DNA from: Vulcanimicrobiota bacterium
Lineage (GTDB): Bacteria > Vulcanimicrobiota > Vulcanimicrobiia > Eremiobacterales > Eremiobacteraceae
Length of the DNA stretch: 64,000 bases
NCBI GenBank assembly: GCA_963772515.1
Contig: CAVYXC010000004.1
Coordinates: 361,131 to 425,130 of the forward strand
Direction of reading: 5' to 3'
In this document: one piece after another, positions 33,390 to 43,701 of the stretch
Layout: every line of letters starts with the position of its first letter
Position numbering within the stretch: position 1 is the stretch's first letter
The notes under the pieces: generated by a model
The model's database searches: none
What the model was told of the DNA's origin: nothing
What the model saw: only the letters and a program-made list of their open reading frames with translations
Program-made: the position numbers and the translations under genes

Positions 33390-35006
33390 GTGCAGATAAC
33401 CAGCTGCGACGGAAAGCTATTTGCCGATTTCCTCGTGGCCGGCACGTATTTCTTGCGCAAATACCGATCCGTGGTCAACGATCTCAACGTCTTCCCCGTG
33501 CCCGACGGCGATACCGGCACCAACATGTTCTTCACCGTCCGCTCGGCCATGGTCGAGGCCCATAAGGAGCGCTCCACGGCGCTCAAAGACGTCGCTGCCG
33601 CAGCCGCCCAGGGCTCGCTGATGGGGGCGCGCGGCAACTCGGGCGTCATCATCTCGCAGATGTTCCGTGGGTTCGCCTATGAGGTGCGCCATCGCGACGC
33701 CATCAACACGCTCGAATTCTCGAGCGCACTAGCCGAGGGCGTGAGCGCCGCGCGCAAAGCGCTGCTCAAGCCGGTCGAAGGCACGATCCTCTCGGTCGCA
33801 AGCGCCGCCGCGAACGCGTGCTTCAAAGCCGCAGCGGCCGAACCGGATTTTTACGCCGTCTTGCACGCGACCGTGGCGGCGGCAAACGAAGCGCTGGAGA
33901 AAACGCCGGAACAGCTGGCCATCCTCAAAGAAGCTAAAGTCGTCGACGCCGGCGGACAAGGGTTCGTGTACTTCATGGAGGGCATCTTGCGCATGTTGCC
34001 CGGCCGCGCGCCGTACACGACCGCATTTCCCCGCAATCCCGTCCGGCGCACGACGTTCACCGCCAAGCAGAAGGTCGAGACCCATCGCTTCTGCACCGAA
34101 TTCGTGCTCTCGAAGACGCAGACGGAGGCCGACTCGTTACGCGCGATGCTCACCCCGCATGGCGATTCGCTCATCGTCGCCGGCGGCGACGGCACGATCC
34201 GCGTCCACATCCACACCGATTATCCGGAGAAAGTCGCCGACGTGGCGCGCGAGCTCGGCGACGTCTCGCGCCTCAAGATCGATAACATGGAAGAGCAGCA
34301 CAACGTGCTGGTCGTCGATCGCGAATCCAAACCGCGCGGCATCGTCGCGGTGGCGCCGGGCGAAGGCTTCGCCAAGATCTTCAAGGAGCTGGGTGCCGAC
34401 GTCGTGGTGATCGGCGGGGCGACGATGAACCCGTCGGTCAAAGACCTGCTCGTGGCCGCCAACAAGGTGCTCGCGCCGGTCGTCTATCTCATGCCCAACG
34501 ACAAGAACATCGTGCTCGCCGCCAAAGAAGTCGACGCACTGACCGACAAGCGAGTCGTCGTCGTGCCCACGCGCACGGTGGCCGATGGCATCGCAGCGCT
34601 GTTCGGCCTGCTCAACCGGCCGGACGATCCAGCCGTCACGCCCGACGAGGCGCTCGCAGGTTCGGTCGTCGCAGGCAGCGGTTCGATCTTCCGCGCCGGC
34701 CGCGACGCCCAGATCGGCGGCGTGGCGGTCGAACGCAACCAGCTCGTCGGCGCATTGGAGGCGCGCGACGGCCAAACGGAACGCCTGGTTGAAGGAGCGG
34801 ATGCGGCAGCCATCGCAGTCGCGATGGTGCACGGCTCCGTCACCTCGGATCCGTCGCTGATCACGCTCTACTACGGGCACGCGCGCCGGCGCAAAGAGGC
34901 AGAAGCCATCGCGCACACGCTCAAAGAGACGTTCCCCGCATCGGCCGTCGAGGCGTACTACGGCGGCCAGCCGACATCGGATTACGTGGTTTCGATTGAA
35001 CGATAG
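33390..35006 (+). CDS. yloV: DAK2 domain fusion protein YloV
   Basis: 538 aa; Dak2 domain (DGDTGTNM) plus DegV-like C-terminal domain; Firmicutes-like rpmB-divergent position. Confidence 0.8.
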   Translation: MQITSCDGKLFADFLVAGTYFLRKYRSVVNDLNVFPVPDGDTGTNMFFTVRSAMVEAHKERSTALKDVAAAAAQGSLMGARGNSGVIISQMFRGFAYEVRHRDAINTLEFSSALAEGVSAARKALLKPVEGTILSVASAAANACFKAAAAEPDFYAVLHATVAAANEALEKTPEQLAILKEAKVVDAGGQGFVYFMEGILRMLPGRAPYTTAFPRNPVRRTTFTAKQKVETHRFCTEFVLSKTQTEADSLRAMLTPHGDSLIVAGGDGTIRVHIHTDYPEKVADVARELGDVSRLKIDNMEEQHNVLVVDRESKPRGIVAVAPGEGFAKIFKELGADVVVIGGATMNPSVKDLLVAANKVLAPVVYLMPNDKNIVLAAKEVDALTDKRVVVVPTRTVADGIAALFGLLNRPDDPAVTPDEALAGSVVAGSGSIFRAGRDAQIGGVAVERNQLVGALEARDGQTERLVEGADAAAIAVAMVHGSVTSDPSLITLYYGHARRRKEAEAIAHTLKETFPASAVEAYYGGQPTSDYVVSIER

Positions 35007-36012
35007 CGACGTCATCATCGCGATCGACGGCATGGGCGGCGACCTTGCGCCCGGCGCGATCGTCAATGGCGCCTGTCGCGCCGCGCGCGAATGGGGCTGC
35101 CGCATCTTGTTGGTGGGCGATCGCGCCGCGCTCGAAGCGCTGGTCAAACGCGACGGCGCGCCCGCGAACGTCACGATCGTCGCCACATCGGAAACGGTCG
35201 CGATGGACGAGGCGCCGGCGATCGCCGTGCGTCGCGGCGGCGTCACCTCGATGGGCAAGACGATCGATCTGGTGCGCGACGGCCAAGCGCACGCGGCGTT
35301 CTCAGCAGGCAACAGCGGCGCATTCCTCGCGCTCGCGACGATCCGTCTCTCGCGCTTGCCCGGCATCGCACGTCCTGGATTCGCCACCGCCTGGCCCGCG
35401 CACAAGGGGCCGATGTTGCTGGTGGATGCCGGTGCCAACGTCGATTGCAAAGCCGAGTGGCTCGTTCAATTCGCGATCATGGGCAGCGCGTACTCGCGCG
35501 CCGTGCTCGGCATTCCGAATCCAAAAGTGGGCTTGCTGTCGGTGGGTGAGGAGGAGAGCAAAGGCAACGCGCTGACCGCAGAGGCGTTTCCGCTGCTGTC
35601 AGCCGCGCCGATCAATTTCATCGGTAACGTCGAGGGCGGTGATCTGCTGCTCGGCGACGCAGACGTCGTGGTTGCAGACGGATTTGTCGGCAACGTCGCG
35701 CTCAAGACCGCTGAGGGCACGAGCGAGTACATCTTCAAATTGCTGCGCGAGGGCATCGACGAGGCGCCGATCCACGTGAAAGCCGGCGCGGCTTTATTGC
35801 GGCCGGTGTTCCGTGCCGTGCGCTCCCGCTTGGACCATCGTTATCACGGCGGCGCGCCGCTGCTCGGCGTGCGCGGCAATTGCATCATCGGCCACGGCCG
35901 CGCCGACGCGCTCACCGTCTATCACGCGTGCCAGATGGCATTGAGGGCTGCGCGCCAGGACCTCGTCGGTTCGATCGAGCGCATGCTCGCGCCCGCGGCA
36001 GCACAGGCATGA
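34996..36012 (+). CDS. plsX: Phosphate acyltransferase
   Basis: 338 aa; IAIDGMGGD motif; TTG start. Confidence 0.85.
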   Translation: MNDSDVIIAIDGMGGDLAPGAIVNGACRAAREWGCRILLVGDRAALEALVKRDGAPANVTIVATSETVAMDEAPAIAVRRGGVTSMGKTIDLVRDGQAHAAFSAGNSGAFLALATIRLSRLPGIARPGFATAWPAHKGPMLLVDAGANVDCKAEWLVQFAIMGSAYSRAVLGIPNPKVGLLSVGEEESKGNALTAEAFPLLSAAPINFIGNVEGGDLLLGDADVVVADGFVGNVALKTAEGTSEYIFKLLREGIDEAPIHVKAGAALLRPVFRAVRSRLDHRYHGGAPLLGVRGNCIIGHGRADALTVYHACQMALRAARQDLVGSIERMLAPAAAQA

Positions 36013-36848
36013 GCGCCAAAGTCGCGATCGTCACCGACTCGATCTGCGATCTCGGCGCCTTGGCGGTCGACATCACGGTCGTGCCGCTCACCATCACCTT
36101 CGGGGCCCAGCAGTTTCTCGACGGGGTCGATCTCACGCCCGAACAGTTCTACGACAAGCTCCAACACGATCCGAATCAGCCGACCACGTCACAGCCGACG
36201 CCGGCGTCGTTCGCCACCGAATACAAGCGCTTGTTGGACGCCGGCGCCGAGCACATCGTCTCGCTGCACGTGTCGGCAGCGCTGTCAGGCACGTTCAACT
36301 CTGCGTCGCTGGCCGCGCAGCAGGTGGCACCCGACCGCATCACGGTCATCGACACGCGCAACGCGTCCGCCGGCGAAGGACTGCTGGTGCTTGGCGCGCG
36401 CGACCAGGCCGCGCGCGGCGACTCGGCGCAGGCGATCGTCGAGCAGGCGCAGGCGGACATCCCTAACGATCAGCTGTACGCGGCGATCCCCAACCTGACG
36501 TATCTGGCGCGCGGCGGACGGATCGGGCCGCTGCAAAGCGTGCTTGGCAACGTGCTGCAGATCGTCCCCATCGTCACGCTCAAAGACGGCCTCGTCGCCG
36601 AACACACCAAGGTGCGCACGTTCGCACGCGCGGTGGACCAGATCATCGACATCGTCGCCTCCAAGGTTCCGCAGAAGAAGCATGCGCGTGCCGCAGTGAT
36701 GCACTCCGTCGCGCCAGAGCTCGCCGAGAAGGTGCGCAAACGCCTCGAGGAAGTCATCGAGCCGGCTTCGCTCATCACGACCTGCGCCGGACCGACGGTG
36801 GGCACGCACGCCGGCCCAGGCGCGGTGGGAGTGTTCTTCATACCCTGA
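36009..36848 (+). CDS. DegV family fatty-acid-binding protein
   Basis: Internal Met of ORF 35880..36848 (MSAKVAIVTDS...); ATGA overlap with plsX stop. Confidence 0.8.
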   Translation: MSAKVAIVTDSICDLGALAVDITVVPLTITFGAQQFLDGVDLTPEQFYDKLQHDPNQPTTSQPTPASFATEYKRLLDAGAEHIVSLHVSAALSGTFNSASLAAQQVAPDRITVIDTRNASAGEGLLVLGARDQAARGDSAQAIVEQAQADIPNDQLYAAIPNLTYLARGGRIGPLQSVLGNVLQIVPIVTLKDGLVAEHTKVRTFARAVDQIIDIVASKVPQKKHARAAVMHSVAPELAEKVRKRLEEVIEPASLITTCAGPTVGTHAGPGAVGVFFIP

Positions 36849-37327
36849 TGCGCAAGATCAACACGAAAGACATCACCGAGCTGACCTGGTCGTCGCCGAA
36901 GGGCAAGTTCGCCGGCGCAGGGCTGCAGATCTCAGAGGCCCTGGGGCGCAAGCCGCAATCGACCGATCTCAAGGAACGCCATCCGTTCGACGTCGAGATC
37001 ATGCGCATACCGGCCGGTAAGACCCCGTATCCGTATCACGCGCACAGCGCGCAATGGGAGTTCTATCACGTGATCTCCGGCAGCGGCAAGGTACGTCATA
37101 AGGATGGCACCGACGCGATCGAAACCGGTGATGCGTTCATCTTCGAGCCGGACCAGCCGCACCAGCTGATCAACGACGGCGCGGTCGACCTCGTCATGTA
37201 CGTGGTGGCGGACAACCCGATCGGCGAGTATGGATATTATCCCGACAGCGACAAACATATCGTGCGCACGCCTGCGCGCAAACTGCTGCGCTCCGAATCG
37301 CTCGACTACTTCGACGGAGAAGAGTGA
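36848..37327 (+). CDS. Cupin domain protein
   Basis: 159 aa; two-His cupin motif region (YPYHAHSAQWEFYHVISG). Confidence 0.55.
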   Translation: MRKINTKDITELTWSSPKGKFAGAGLQISEALGRKPQSTDLKERHPFDVEIMRIPAGKTPYPYHAHSAQWEFYHVISGSGKVRHKDGTDAIETGDAFIFEPDQPHQLINDGAVDLVMYVVADNPIGEYGYYPDSDKHIVRTPARKLLRSESLDYFDGEE

Positions 37328-38502
37328 GCCCGCGCGCGGCCGGCTGTTACGTCCACCTGCCGTTTTGCGATCGCATCTGCCCGTACTGCGACTTCGCGGT
37401 AGTCGAGTTCGCGCGTCCGCGCGTCGAACGCTACTTGAAGGCCGTCCACGCCGAGCTGGCGCGCACCCCGGCTGATCGCGAGCTTGCGTCGCTCTATCTC
37501 GGCGGCGGCACGCCTTCGGCGCTGAGCGCCGACGACATCGCAGCCCTGCTGTCCGCCATCTTCAAGCATTTCGACGTCGAGCCGGGCTCCATCGAGTGCA
37601 CGCTTGAGGCCAATCCGTCGCGCAACGCCGGCGATCTCGGCCGCTACCGCAACGCCGGAGTGAATCGGCTGTCGGTCGGTGTCCAGTCGTTTGACGACGC
37701 AGAGCTGCATCGGCTTGGACGCGATCACAGCGCCGCTCAGGCGCAGGCGTATATCGGCGCTGCGCGTGCAGCCGGTCACCGCAACATCGGCATCGATGTG
37801 ATCGCCGGAGCGCCCGGACAGACAATGGCGTCGTTTGAGCTGACACTGAAACGTACCATCGAATGCGCGCCCGAGCACGTCTCCGTGTACGGGTTGACGA
37901 TCGAGGCCGCAACGCCGTACGCGCGCTGGTTCGCGCGCGCGCCGCACGAATTTCCCGATGACGACGCCACCGCCGATCTGCTCGAACTCGCCGAAAGCGA
38001 GCTGACAGCTGCCGGTTTTTCGCGCTACGAGATCTCCAACTATGCCAAAGCTGGTTTTGAGAGCGAGCACAATCGCGGATATTGGGAGCAGCGCGCGTGC
38101 GTGGCGCTGGGCATGTCGGCGTCGGGCTACGAAGACGGCCGGCGCTTTCGGAATCTTCGCTCCTTTAATGCCTACTGCGCGGCTATCGAAGCCGGGATTT
38201 CAGCGCAGGAAGAAGAGGAACGGCTCGATTTTGAGGCGCGCCTGGGCGAGGCAGCCATGCTGAGCCTGCGCACGCGCGAAGGCATACGGGACGGGGAGTT
38301 CCGCGCCCGATTCGGGGCCGATCCACGCACGGCTTTCGCCGCCGCAATCGATAAATGTCGCCGGGCAGGCCTGCTCGAAGAGGACAGCCAGGGGGTACGG
38401 CTCTCGGCGCGGGGGAGGCTTCTGGCCAACACCGCGTGTTCTGAATTCTTACATCCTTCATTCATACCGGCCCCCGCCGGAATTGGGAAAACTACTTCTT
38501 AG
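37324..38502 (+). CDS. hemW: Radical SAM heme chaperone HemW
   Basis: 392 aa; CxxxCxxC (CDRICPYCDF); GTG start overlapping upstream stop. Confidence 0.8.
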   Translation: MSPRAAGCYVHLPFCDRICPYCDFAVVEFARPRVERYLKAVHAELARTPADRELASLYLGGGTPSALSADDIAALLSAIFKHFDVEPGSIECTLEANPSRNAGDLGRYRNAGVNRLSVGVQSFDDAELHRLGRDHSAAQAQAYIGAARAAGHRNIGIDVIAGAPGQTMASFELTLKRTIECAPEHVSVYGLTIEAATPYARWFARAPHEFPDDDATADLLELAESELTAAGFSRYEISNYAKAGFESEHNRGYWEQRACVALGMSASGYEDGRRFRNLRSFNAYCAAIEAGISAQEEEERLDFEARLGEAAMLSLRTREGIRDGEFRARFGADPRTAFAAAIDKCRRAGLLEEDSQGVRLSARGRLLANTACSEFLHPSFIPAPAGIGKTTS

Positions 38503-39538
38503 AATAATTTTCGCGCTGTTGTGCGGGCTGCTCGGCTTGGCTGCCGGGATCGAGCTCGGGCGCATTCCTGCGCTCGCAAGCCAGACCGGCACGCTGGCGC
38601 ATCTGCGCGACATCGGCATTCCGACGCTCATCGCGCTCATCGGCGTGGCGATCTCGCCGTATCTGGCCACCGGCTTCGAACGAGTGTCGAGCGCGTTCGA
38701 AGATTCGATCGTGAGCATGGCCCCCGCCGAGGCGCTCTCAGGCGCGATCGGTCTGGTCATCGGGTTGATCGTCGCGTTCTTGGTGCGCGATGTTTTCCAA
38801 CCCATCAATCAGATGCCGCGCTTCGGCCCGATCATCTCGATCGTCGTCTACATCCTTATCACGCTGTTCTTCGCGTACACAGGGCTGCGCATCGGCGTGC
38901 GCCAGCGCTTGTCGAGCTGGGTGCGCACCGGTCCGCGCGACGGTGCAGCGCCGCCCAAACTGCTCGACACCTCGGTCATCGTCGACGGCCGCGTGCTCGA
39001 AGTCGTGCAGGCGGGCTTCATCGAGGGCCGGCTGCTCGTGCCGAAATTCGTGCTCAAAGAACTGCAGTCGATCGCGGACTCGTCCGACTCCATGCGCCGC
39101 GCGCGCGGCCGGCGCGGGCTGGAGATCCTCAATCGCCTGCGCGAGATATCGGGCAGGCTGGAGATCATCGACAAGGATGCGCCCGAGCGCGACGTCGACA
39201 GCAAGCTGGTGACGCTGGCGCGCGAGCTCGAAGCGCCGATCCTGACCAACGATTACAATCTCAACCGCGTCGCGCGCCTGCAAGGCGTGACGATCCTCAA
39301 CGTCAACGAGCTCGCCAACGCCATCAAGCCGGTGGTGCTGCCCGGCGAAGAGATGTCGGTCAACATCGTCAAGGACGGCAAGGAGCAGAACCAAGGCGTC
39401 GGCTACCTCGAGGACGGCACGATGATCGTCGTCGAGAACGGCAAGCGGCTCATCGGCGAGACCGTCGGCGTGCAGGTGACGTCTGTGCTGCAGACCGCAG
39501 CGGGCCGCATGATCTTCGCCAAGCCCAAAAAAGCGTGA
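38483..39538 (+). CDS. yacL: PIN/TRAM domain membrane protein (YacL-like)
   Basis: 351 aa; N-terminal TM region, PIN-like and C-terminal TRAM-like domain; precedes ispD as in Bacillus. Confidence 0.7.
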   Translation: MGKLLLRIIFALLCGLLGLAAGIELGRIPALASQTGTLAHLRDIGIPTLIALIGVAISPYLATGFERVSSAFEDSIVSMAPAEALSGAIGLVIGLIVAFLVRDVFQPINQMPRFGPIISIVVYILITLFFAYTGLRIGVRQRLSSWVRTGPRDGAAPPKLLDTSVIVDGRVLEVVQAGFIEGRLLVPKFVLKELQSIADSSDSMRRARGRRGLEILNRLREISGRLEIIDKDAPERDVDSKLVTLARELEAPILTNDYNLNRVARLQGVTILNVNELANAIKPVVLPGEEMSVNIVKDGKEQNQGVGYLEDGTMIVVENGKRLIGETVGVQVTSVLQTAAGRMIFAKPKKA

Positions 39539-40224
39539 ACGCCGCCGCGATTCTGGCCGCCGCGGGTCGCGGCGACCGGCTCGGCAGGCCCAAGCAGTTG
39601 CTCGACCTCGCGGGCAAGCCGATGGCGGCGTGGTCGCTGGAGCTGTTCGAGCGCACCCCGGCGATCGAGGCCGTCTACATCGCGTGCGAGGCGGACGAGC
39701 GCGAGCGCTTCGAGGCGCTCGCGAAAGAATACGCACCGTCAAAAACGGTCATCGTCGTCGCCGGGGGCGCGACGCGTCAAGCCTCCGTGCACGCGGCGCT
39801 ATCGGTCGTGCCGCCCACCTCGCACCTCGTGCTGGTGCACGACGGCGCGCGCCCCTTCGTCACGCTCGACATCGTGGAGCGGACGATAGCAGCCGCGCAT
39901 CACGGCGTCAGCGCCATCGCCGCCGTGCCGGTGAAAGACACGATCAAACAGGCGCGTGAAACCGCGGTGGTCCGCACGATCCCGCGCTCGACGTTGTGGG
40001 CCGCCCAGACGCCACAAGTCTTCCCCTACGACGTTCTCGTCGCCGCGCATGACCGTGCGATCGCGGACCGGGTGGTGGACACCGACGACGCTGCGCTCGT
40101 CGAGCGCCTCGGCGCCCCCGTGAACCTGGTCATGGGCTCGTACGCCAACATCAAGATAACGACGCCTGAGGATTTCGAGATCGCGCTGTGGATCGCGCAG
40201 CGCATGGAGGCCGCCCGCCGATGA
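39535..40224 (+). CDS. ispD: 2-C-methyl-D-erythritol 4-phosphate cytidylyltransferase
   Basis: C-terminal part of ORF 38521..40224 (VNAAAILAAAGRGDRLG...); GTG start in GTGA overlap with yacL stop. Confidence 0.85.
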   Translation: MNAAAILAAAGRGDRLGRPKQLLDLAGKPMAAWSLELFERTPAIEAVYIACEADERERFEALAKEYAPSKTVIVVAGGATRQASVHAALSVVPPTSHLVLVHDGARPFVTLDIVERTIAAAHHGVSAIAAVPVKDTIKQARETAVVRTIPRSTLWAAQTPQVFPYDVLVAAHDRAIADRVVDTDDAALVERLGAPVNLVMGSYANIKITTPEDFEIALWIAQRMEAARR

Positions 40225-40700
40225 GAGTCGGCTTCGGATTCGACGCGCACCGGCTGGTCGCCGATCGCCCGCTGGTCCTAGGCGGCGTGCGCATCGCTTT
40301 CGATAAAGGCCTCGAGGGTTTTTCGGATGCCGACGTGTTGACGCATGCGGTCATCGACGCGGTGCTCGGCGCCGCAGCCCTGGGCGATTGCGGTTCGCGC
40401 TTTCCGGCGGGCGACCCGAAGTACGCCAACGCGAACAGCATCAAACTGCTGGAGCAAGCATTCACCTTGCTGCGCCATGCGAATCTGCGCGTGGGCAATC
40501 TGGATTGCACGATCGTCGCCGAACGCCCGGCTTTAGCCGGCCATCTGAACGCCATGCGCGCAATGCTCGCCAACGCGCTTGAGATCGCCGAAGCCGACTG
40601 CAGCGTCAAGGCCAAGCATACCGAGGGGCTCGGATTTACGGGTACAGGCGAAGGTATGGCGGCATACGCGGTGGCGACCGTCGAGGCATCAACCCCTTGA
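40221..40700 (+). CDS. ispF: 2-C-methyl-D-erythritol 2,4-cyclodiphosphate synthase
   Basis: Internal Met of ORF 40188..40700 (MRVGFGFDAHRL...); ATGA overlap with ispD stop. Confidence 0.9.
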   Translation: MRVGFGFDAHRLVADRPLVLGGVRIAFDKGLEGFSDADVLTHAVIDAVLGAAALGDCGSRFPAGDPKYANANSIKLLEQAFTLLRHANLRVGNLDCTIVAERPALAGHLNAMRAMLANALEIAEADCSVKAKHTEGLGFTGTGEGMAAYAVATVEASTP

Positions 40701-40720
40701 CCCCCGGGCCCCGACCAGAT

Positions 40721-40746
40721 ATGGAGCGGTCGAATAAATTCGACCG
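40721..40746 (+). repeat. Copy e of palindromic element (ATGGAGCGGTCGAATAAATTCGACCG) at 5' end of gltX
   Basis: Consensus with AA spacer; encodes MERSNKFDR in gltX frame. Confidence 0.75.
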
Positions 40747-42253
40747 CGCCGAAGAGATCGCCGACGATCGTCGCTCGGGTTCCGTGCGCGTGCGCTTCGC
40801 ACCGGCGCCGACCGGCTCGCTGCACGTCGGGGGCGCCCGCACCGCGCTCTTCAATTATCTCTATGCGCGCAAGAACAACGGCGCGCTGGTGCTTCGCTCC
40901 GAGGACACCGACGTCGGCCGCTCGACGCTCGAGTCCGAGCGCGCGATCCAGGATGATCTGCGCTGGCTCGGGCTGAGCTGGGACGAAGGCACGGATGTCG
41001 GCGGCCCGTATGGACCATATCGCCAGACCGATCGCACCGACCGATACGGCCTCGCGGCCGCGCGGCTGCTCGAGATCGGCAACGCGTACTTGTGCTATTG
41101 CACGCCGCAAGAACTCGAAGCGGAGCGCAAAGAGGCCGAGCGACACGGCCAAGCGCCTAAGTATTCAGGCAAGTGCCGCGAGCTCACGCGCGAACAGCGC
41201 GCGGCGCTGGAAGCGGAAGGCCGCAAGCCGGCGGTCCGCTTCATCATGCCGCAGCGCGACATCTACGTCGAAGATCTCGTGCGCGGGTCGGTGCATTTCC
41301 CGGCCGGCTCGATCGGCGATTTCGTCATCATGAAATCGGATGGCAATCCTGCGTATAATTTCGCCGCCGTCGTCGACGACGCCGAGATGGCGATCACCCA
41401 CGTGATCCGGGCAGATGAACATCTTCCCAACACGCCGCGCCAAGCGGTGCTCTACGAGGCGCTCGACTTGCCGCTGCCGCTCTTCGCCCACGTCTCGATG
41501 ATCCTCGCGCCGGATCACCAGAAGCTGTCCAAGCGCCACGGCGCGACGTCGGTTGCCGAGTACCGCGAACAGGGCTACCTGCCCGCCGCGCTTATCAACT
41601 ATCTGGCGCTGCTCGGGTGGTCGCCGGGCGACGATAGCGAATTCTTCACTCTCGACGAACTCGTGGGACGATTCTCGCTTGAGCGCGTGACCAAGAGCCC
41701 GGCGGTGTTTGATCATGGCAAGCTGCGTTGGTTCAACGCGCATTACTTGCGCGCGCTGCCCCGCGACGACCGGGCGGAACTGTTCGCGGCGTGGGCACAG
41801 CGCGATCCCGAAGTGACGTCGTCAGTCGATATCAACGATCCGTTGTGGCGCGGCTTGTTCGCCGACGCGATGAGCGATCACGTCGAAACGCTGGACCAGG
41901 TCCCGGCGCTGGCCAAGCAGGTTCTCACGGACGAAATCCGCATCGCACCAGAATCTCGCGACGCGCTGTCGGACAGCGGGTCGCGAGCGCTCGTCGAGGA
42001 CCTCGCGGGCATCGCGGCAGGCTGCAGAGATCGCGTCGCGTTCAGCGCAGCGACCTCAAAGGAAGCACTGGCTGCGCTTGGAGCCAAACACGGCGTGAAG
42101 GGTCGAGCGTTGTTCAGGCCGATTCGCATCGCTGCGACCGGCGACGAACACGGCGTCGAGCTCCCAATTCTCTTGCCGCTTCTCGGTCCCGCCCGACTGG
42201 CCTCGCGCCTGCGCTCGTCGTTGAATCAGACGGGCGCTTCCGCCAGCTCGTAG
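40721..42253 (+). CDS. gltX: Glutamate--tRNA ligase
   Basis: ORF 40697..42253; VRVRFAPAPTGSLHVGGARTALFNY motif; start either ATG 40721 (inside palindromic element) or TTG 40697. Confidence 0.85.
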   Translation: MERSNKFDRAEEIADDRRSGSVRVRFAPAPTGSLHVGGARTALFNYLYARKNNGALVLRSEDTDVGRSTLESERAIQDDLRWLGLSWDEGTDVGGPYGPYRQTDRTDRYGLAAARLLEIGNAYLCYCTPQELEAERKEAERHGQAPKYSGKCRELTREQRAALEAEGRKPAVRFIMPQRDIYVEDLVRGSVHFPAGSIGDFVIMKSDGNPAYNFAAVVDDAEMAITHVIRADEHLPNTPRQAVLYEALDLPLPLFAHVSMILAPDHQKLSKRHGATSVAEYREQGYLPAALINYLALLGWSPGDDSEFFTLDELVGRFSLERVTKSPAVFDHGKLRWFNAHYLRALPRDDRAELFAAWAQRDPEVTSSVDINDPLWRGLFADAMSDHVETLDQVPALAKQVLTDEIRIAPESRDALSDSGSRALVEDLAGIAAGCRDRVAFSAATSKEALAALGAKHGVKGRALFRPIRIAATGDEHGVELPILLPLLGPARLASRLRSSLNQTGASASS

Positions 42254-42260
42254 GAGCGCC

Positions 42261-42806
42261 ATGGCGGAGCTGACGCGCGCGCGCTTTCTGGGGTTTGTAG
42301 CCGCGACATTCGGCATCGCTGAGATGTCGGAGCGGGCGAGTGCGGCAGTGAAGATTGAGGACCCCACTGGTTTCACCTTTGGTCCGATGGTGAAGGACCT
42401 CGCGCTCGGCGTGAAACTCGAAAACCAGGCCGTTGACGTCGGTGCGCCAATCGCGTGCACGTTGGCCATAAAGAATTTCGGGCCGCCGCGACACATCTTC
42501 CGGGTCGGCGCGATGGAAGAATACGCGCTCACGGGCACCGGTCCGCGTGGTGCTTCGATCGAGCACGCTGGTCCCGGTGACCCCTTCGCCGGGAGCATCT
42601 CCGCCGATGGACCCTACCTCGAGACTGGGCAGGCATACGAGAAGAGTACAGCCGATCTCCGTAAGAGCTACGATTTCAGCGCGCCAGGCGAGTACACGTT
42701 TTCATTTGCAACCGTGATCACCCAAGGCCTGGGAGGTCCCTGGTATGCGGCCTTGACGTCGAACACCGTGACGTTGGACGTGCGCAATGCGGCGACACAA
42801 CCTTGA
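42261..42806 (+). CDS. Hypothetical secreted protein
   Basis: 181 aa; hydrophobic N-terminus with RxR motif; no recognised domain. Confidence 0.4.
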   Translation: MAELTRARFLGFVAATFGIAEMSERASAAVKIEDPTGFTFGPMVKDLALGVKLENQAVDVGAPIACTLAIKNFGPPRHIFRVGAMEEYALTGTGPRGASIEHAGPGDPFAGSISADGPYLETGQAYEKSTADLRKSYDFSAPGEYTFSFATVITQGLGGPWYAALTSNTVTLDVRNAATQP

Positions 42807-43023
42807 CGGCGACTCGCTTCCAGCAGGCCGGAGGGCGGCCACGCCTAGCGCGCGAACCCATTGTCATCATGGCCACCGCAGACAACCCTGCCCTCCCCCG
42901 CCCGGCCATCGCCCCGTCCTGTCGTTGTTGACCGGCGCTTACGCCACGCCCGGTCGCGCGCCCGCCGCGCGCATGTGAAAGAAGAAGCCCGCGCGACGCG
43001 CGGGATGCGAGCAGGACGAAACC

Positions 43024-43701
43024 ATGCAACGAGACTCCATCTTCCGGCAGATACGCCTCGACTGGCGCGCGTGCTTTGAGCGCGACCCCGCGGCGCGCAA
43101 CTGGCTCGAAGTGCTGCTGGCCTATCCGGGTTTTCATGCCCTCTTCTGGCACCGGCTGATCATCCATCCGCTGCACCGCGCCGGCATACCCGTCATTCCG
43201 CGCGTGCTGTCCAACATGTCGCGGTTTTTCACCGGCATCGAGATCCACCCGGGCGCGGAGATCGGCTCGGGTCTGTTCATCGATCATGGCATGGGCGTCG
43301 TGATCGGCGAGACGACCGAGATCGGGCGCAACTGCACGCTCTATCAAGGCGTGACCTTGGGCGGCACGTCGCTGCAGCGCGGCAAGCGCCACCCGACGCT
43401 TGAAGACAACGTCATCGTCGGCGCCGGCGCCGGCATCATCGGCGCGGTGGTCATCGGCGCCGGTTCGAAGATCGCGGCGGGGGCGGTCGTCGTCAAATCG
43501 GTCCCGCCGAACTGCACGGTTGTCGGTGTGCCTGGCCGCGTGATCTATCAGGACGGCAAGCCGGCCGAACCGGTGTTGCCGCGTGTGGACATGCCCGACC
43601 CCGAAGCGGACGCGATCGCCGCGCTGCAGCAACGGGTCGAGGCGCTCGAGATGGGCTTCCGAAAGCTCGAAGAGCCGGATGGCAGTAAGACTCTACAATA
43701 G
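43024..43701 (+). CDS. cysE: Serine O-acetyltransferase
   Basis: 225 aa; hexapeptide repeats; SAT N-terminal domain. Confidence 0.85.
   Translation: MQRDSIFRQIRLDWRACFERDPAARNWLEVLLAYPGFHALFWHRLIIHPLHRAGIPVIPRVLSNMSRFFTGIEIHPGAEIGSGLFIDHGMGVVIGETTEIGRNCTLYQGVTLGGTSLQRGKRHPTLEDNVIVGAGAGIIGAVVIGAGSKIAAGAVVVKSVPPNCTVVGVPGRVIYQDGKPAEPVLPRVDMPDPEADAIAALQQRVEALEMGFRKLEEPDGSKTLQ

Noticed and set aside
42807-43023. T-box riboswitch upstream of cysE-cysS, as in Bacillus
   Set aside because: No T-box consensus (AGGGTGGNACCGCG) found on the + strand; only a short GC hairpin (CCCGCG-cgacg-CGCGGG) without a U-tract.
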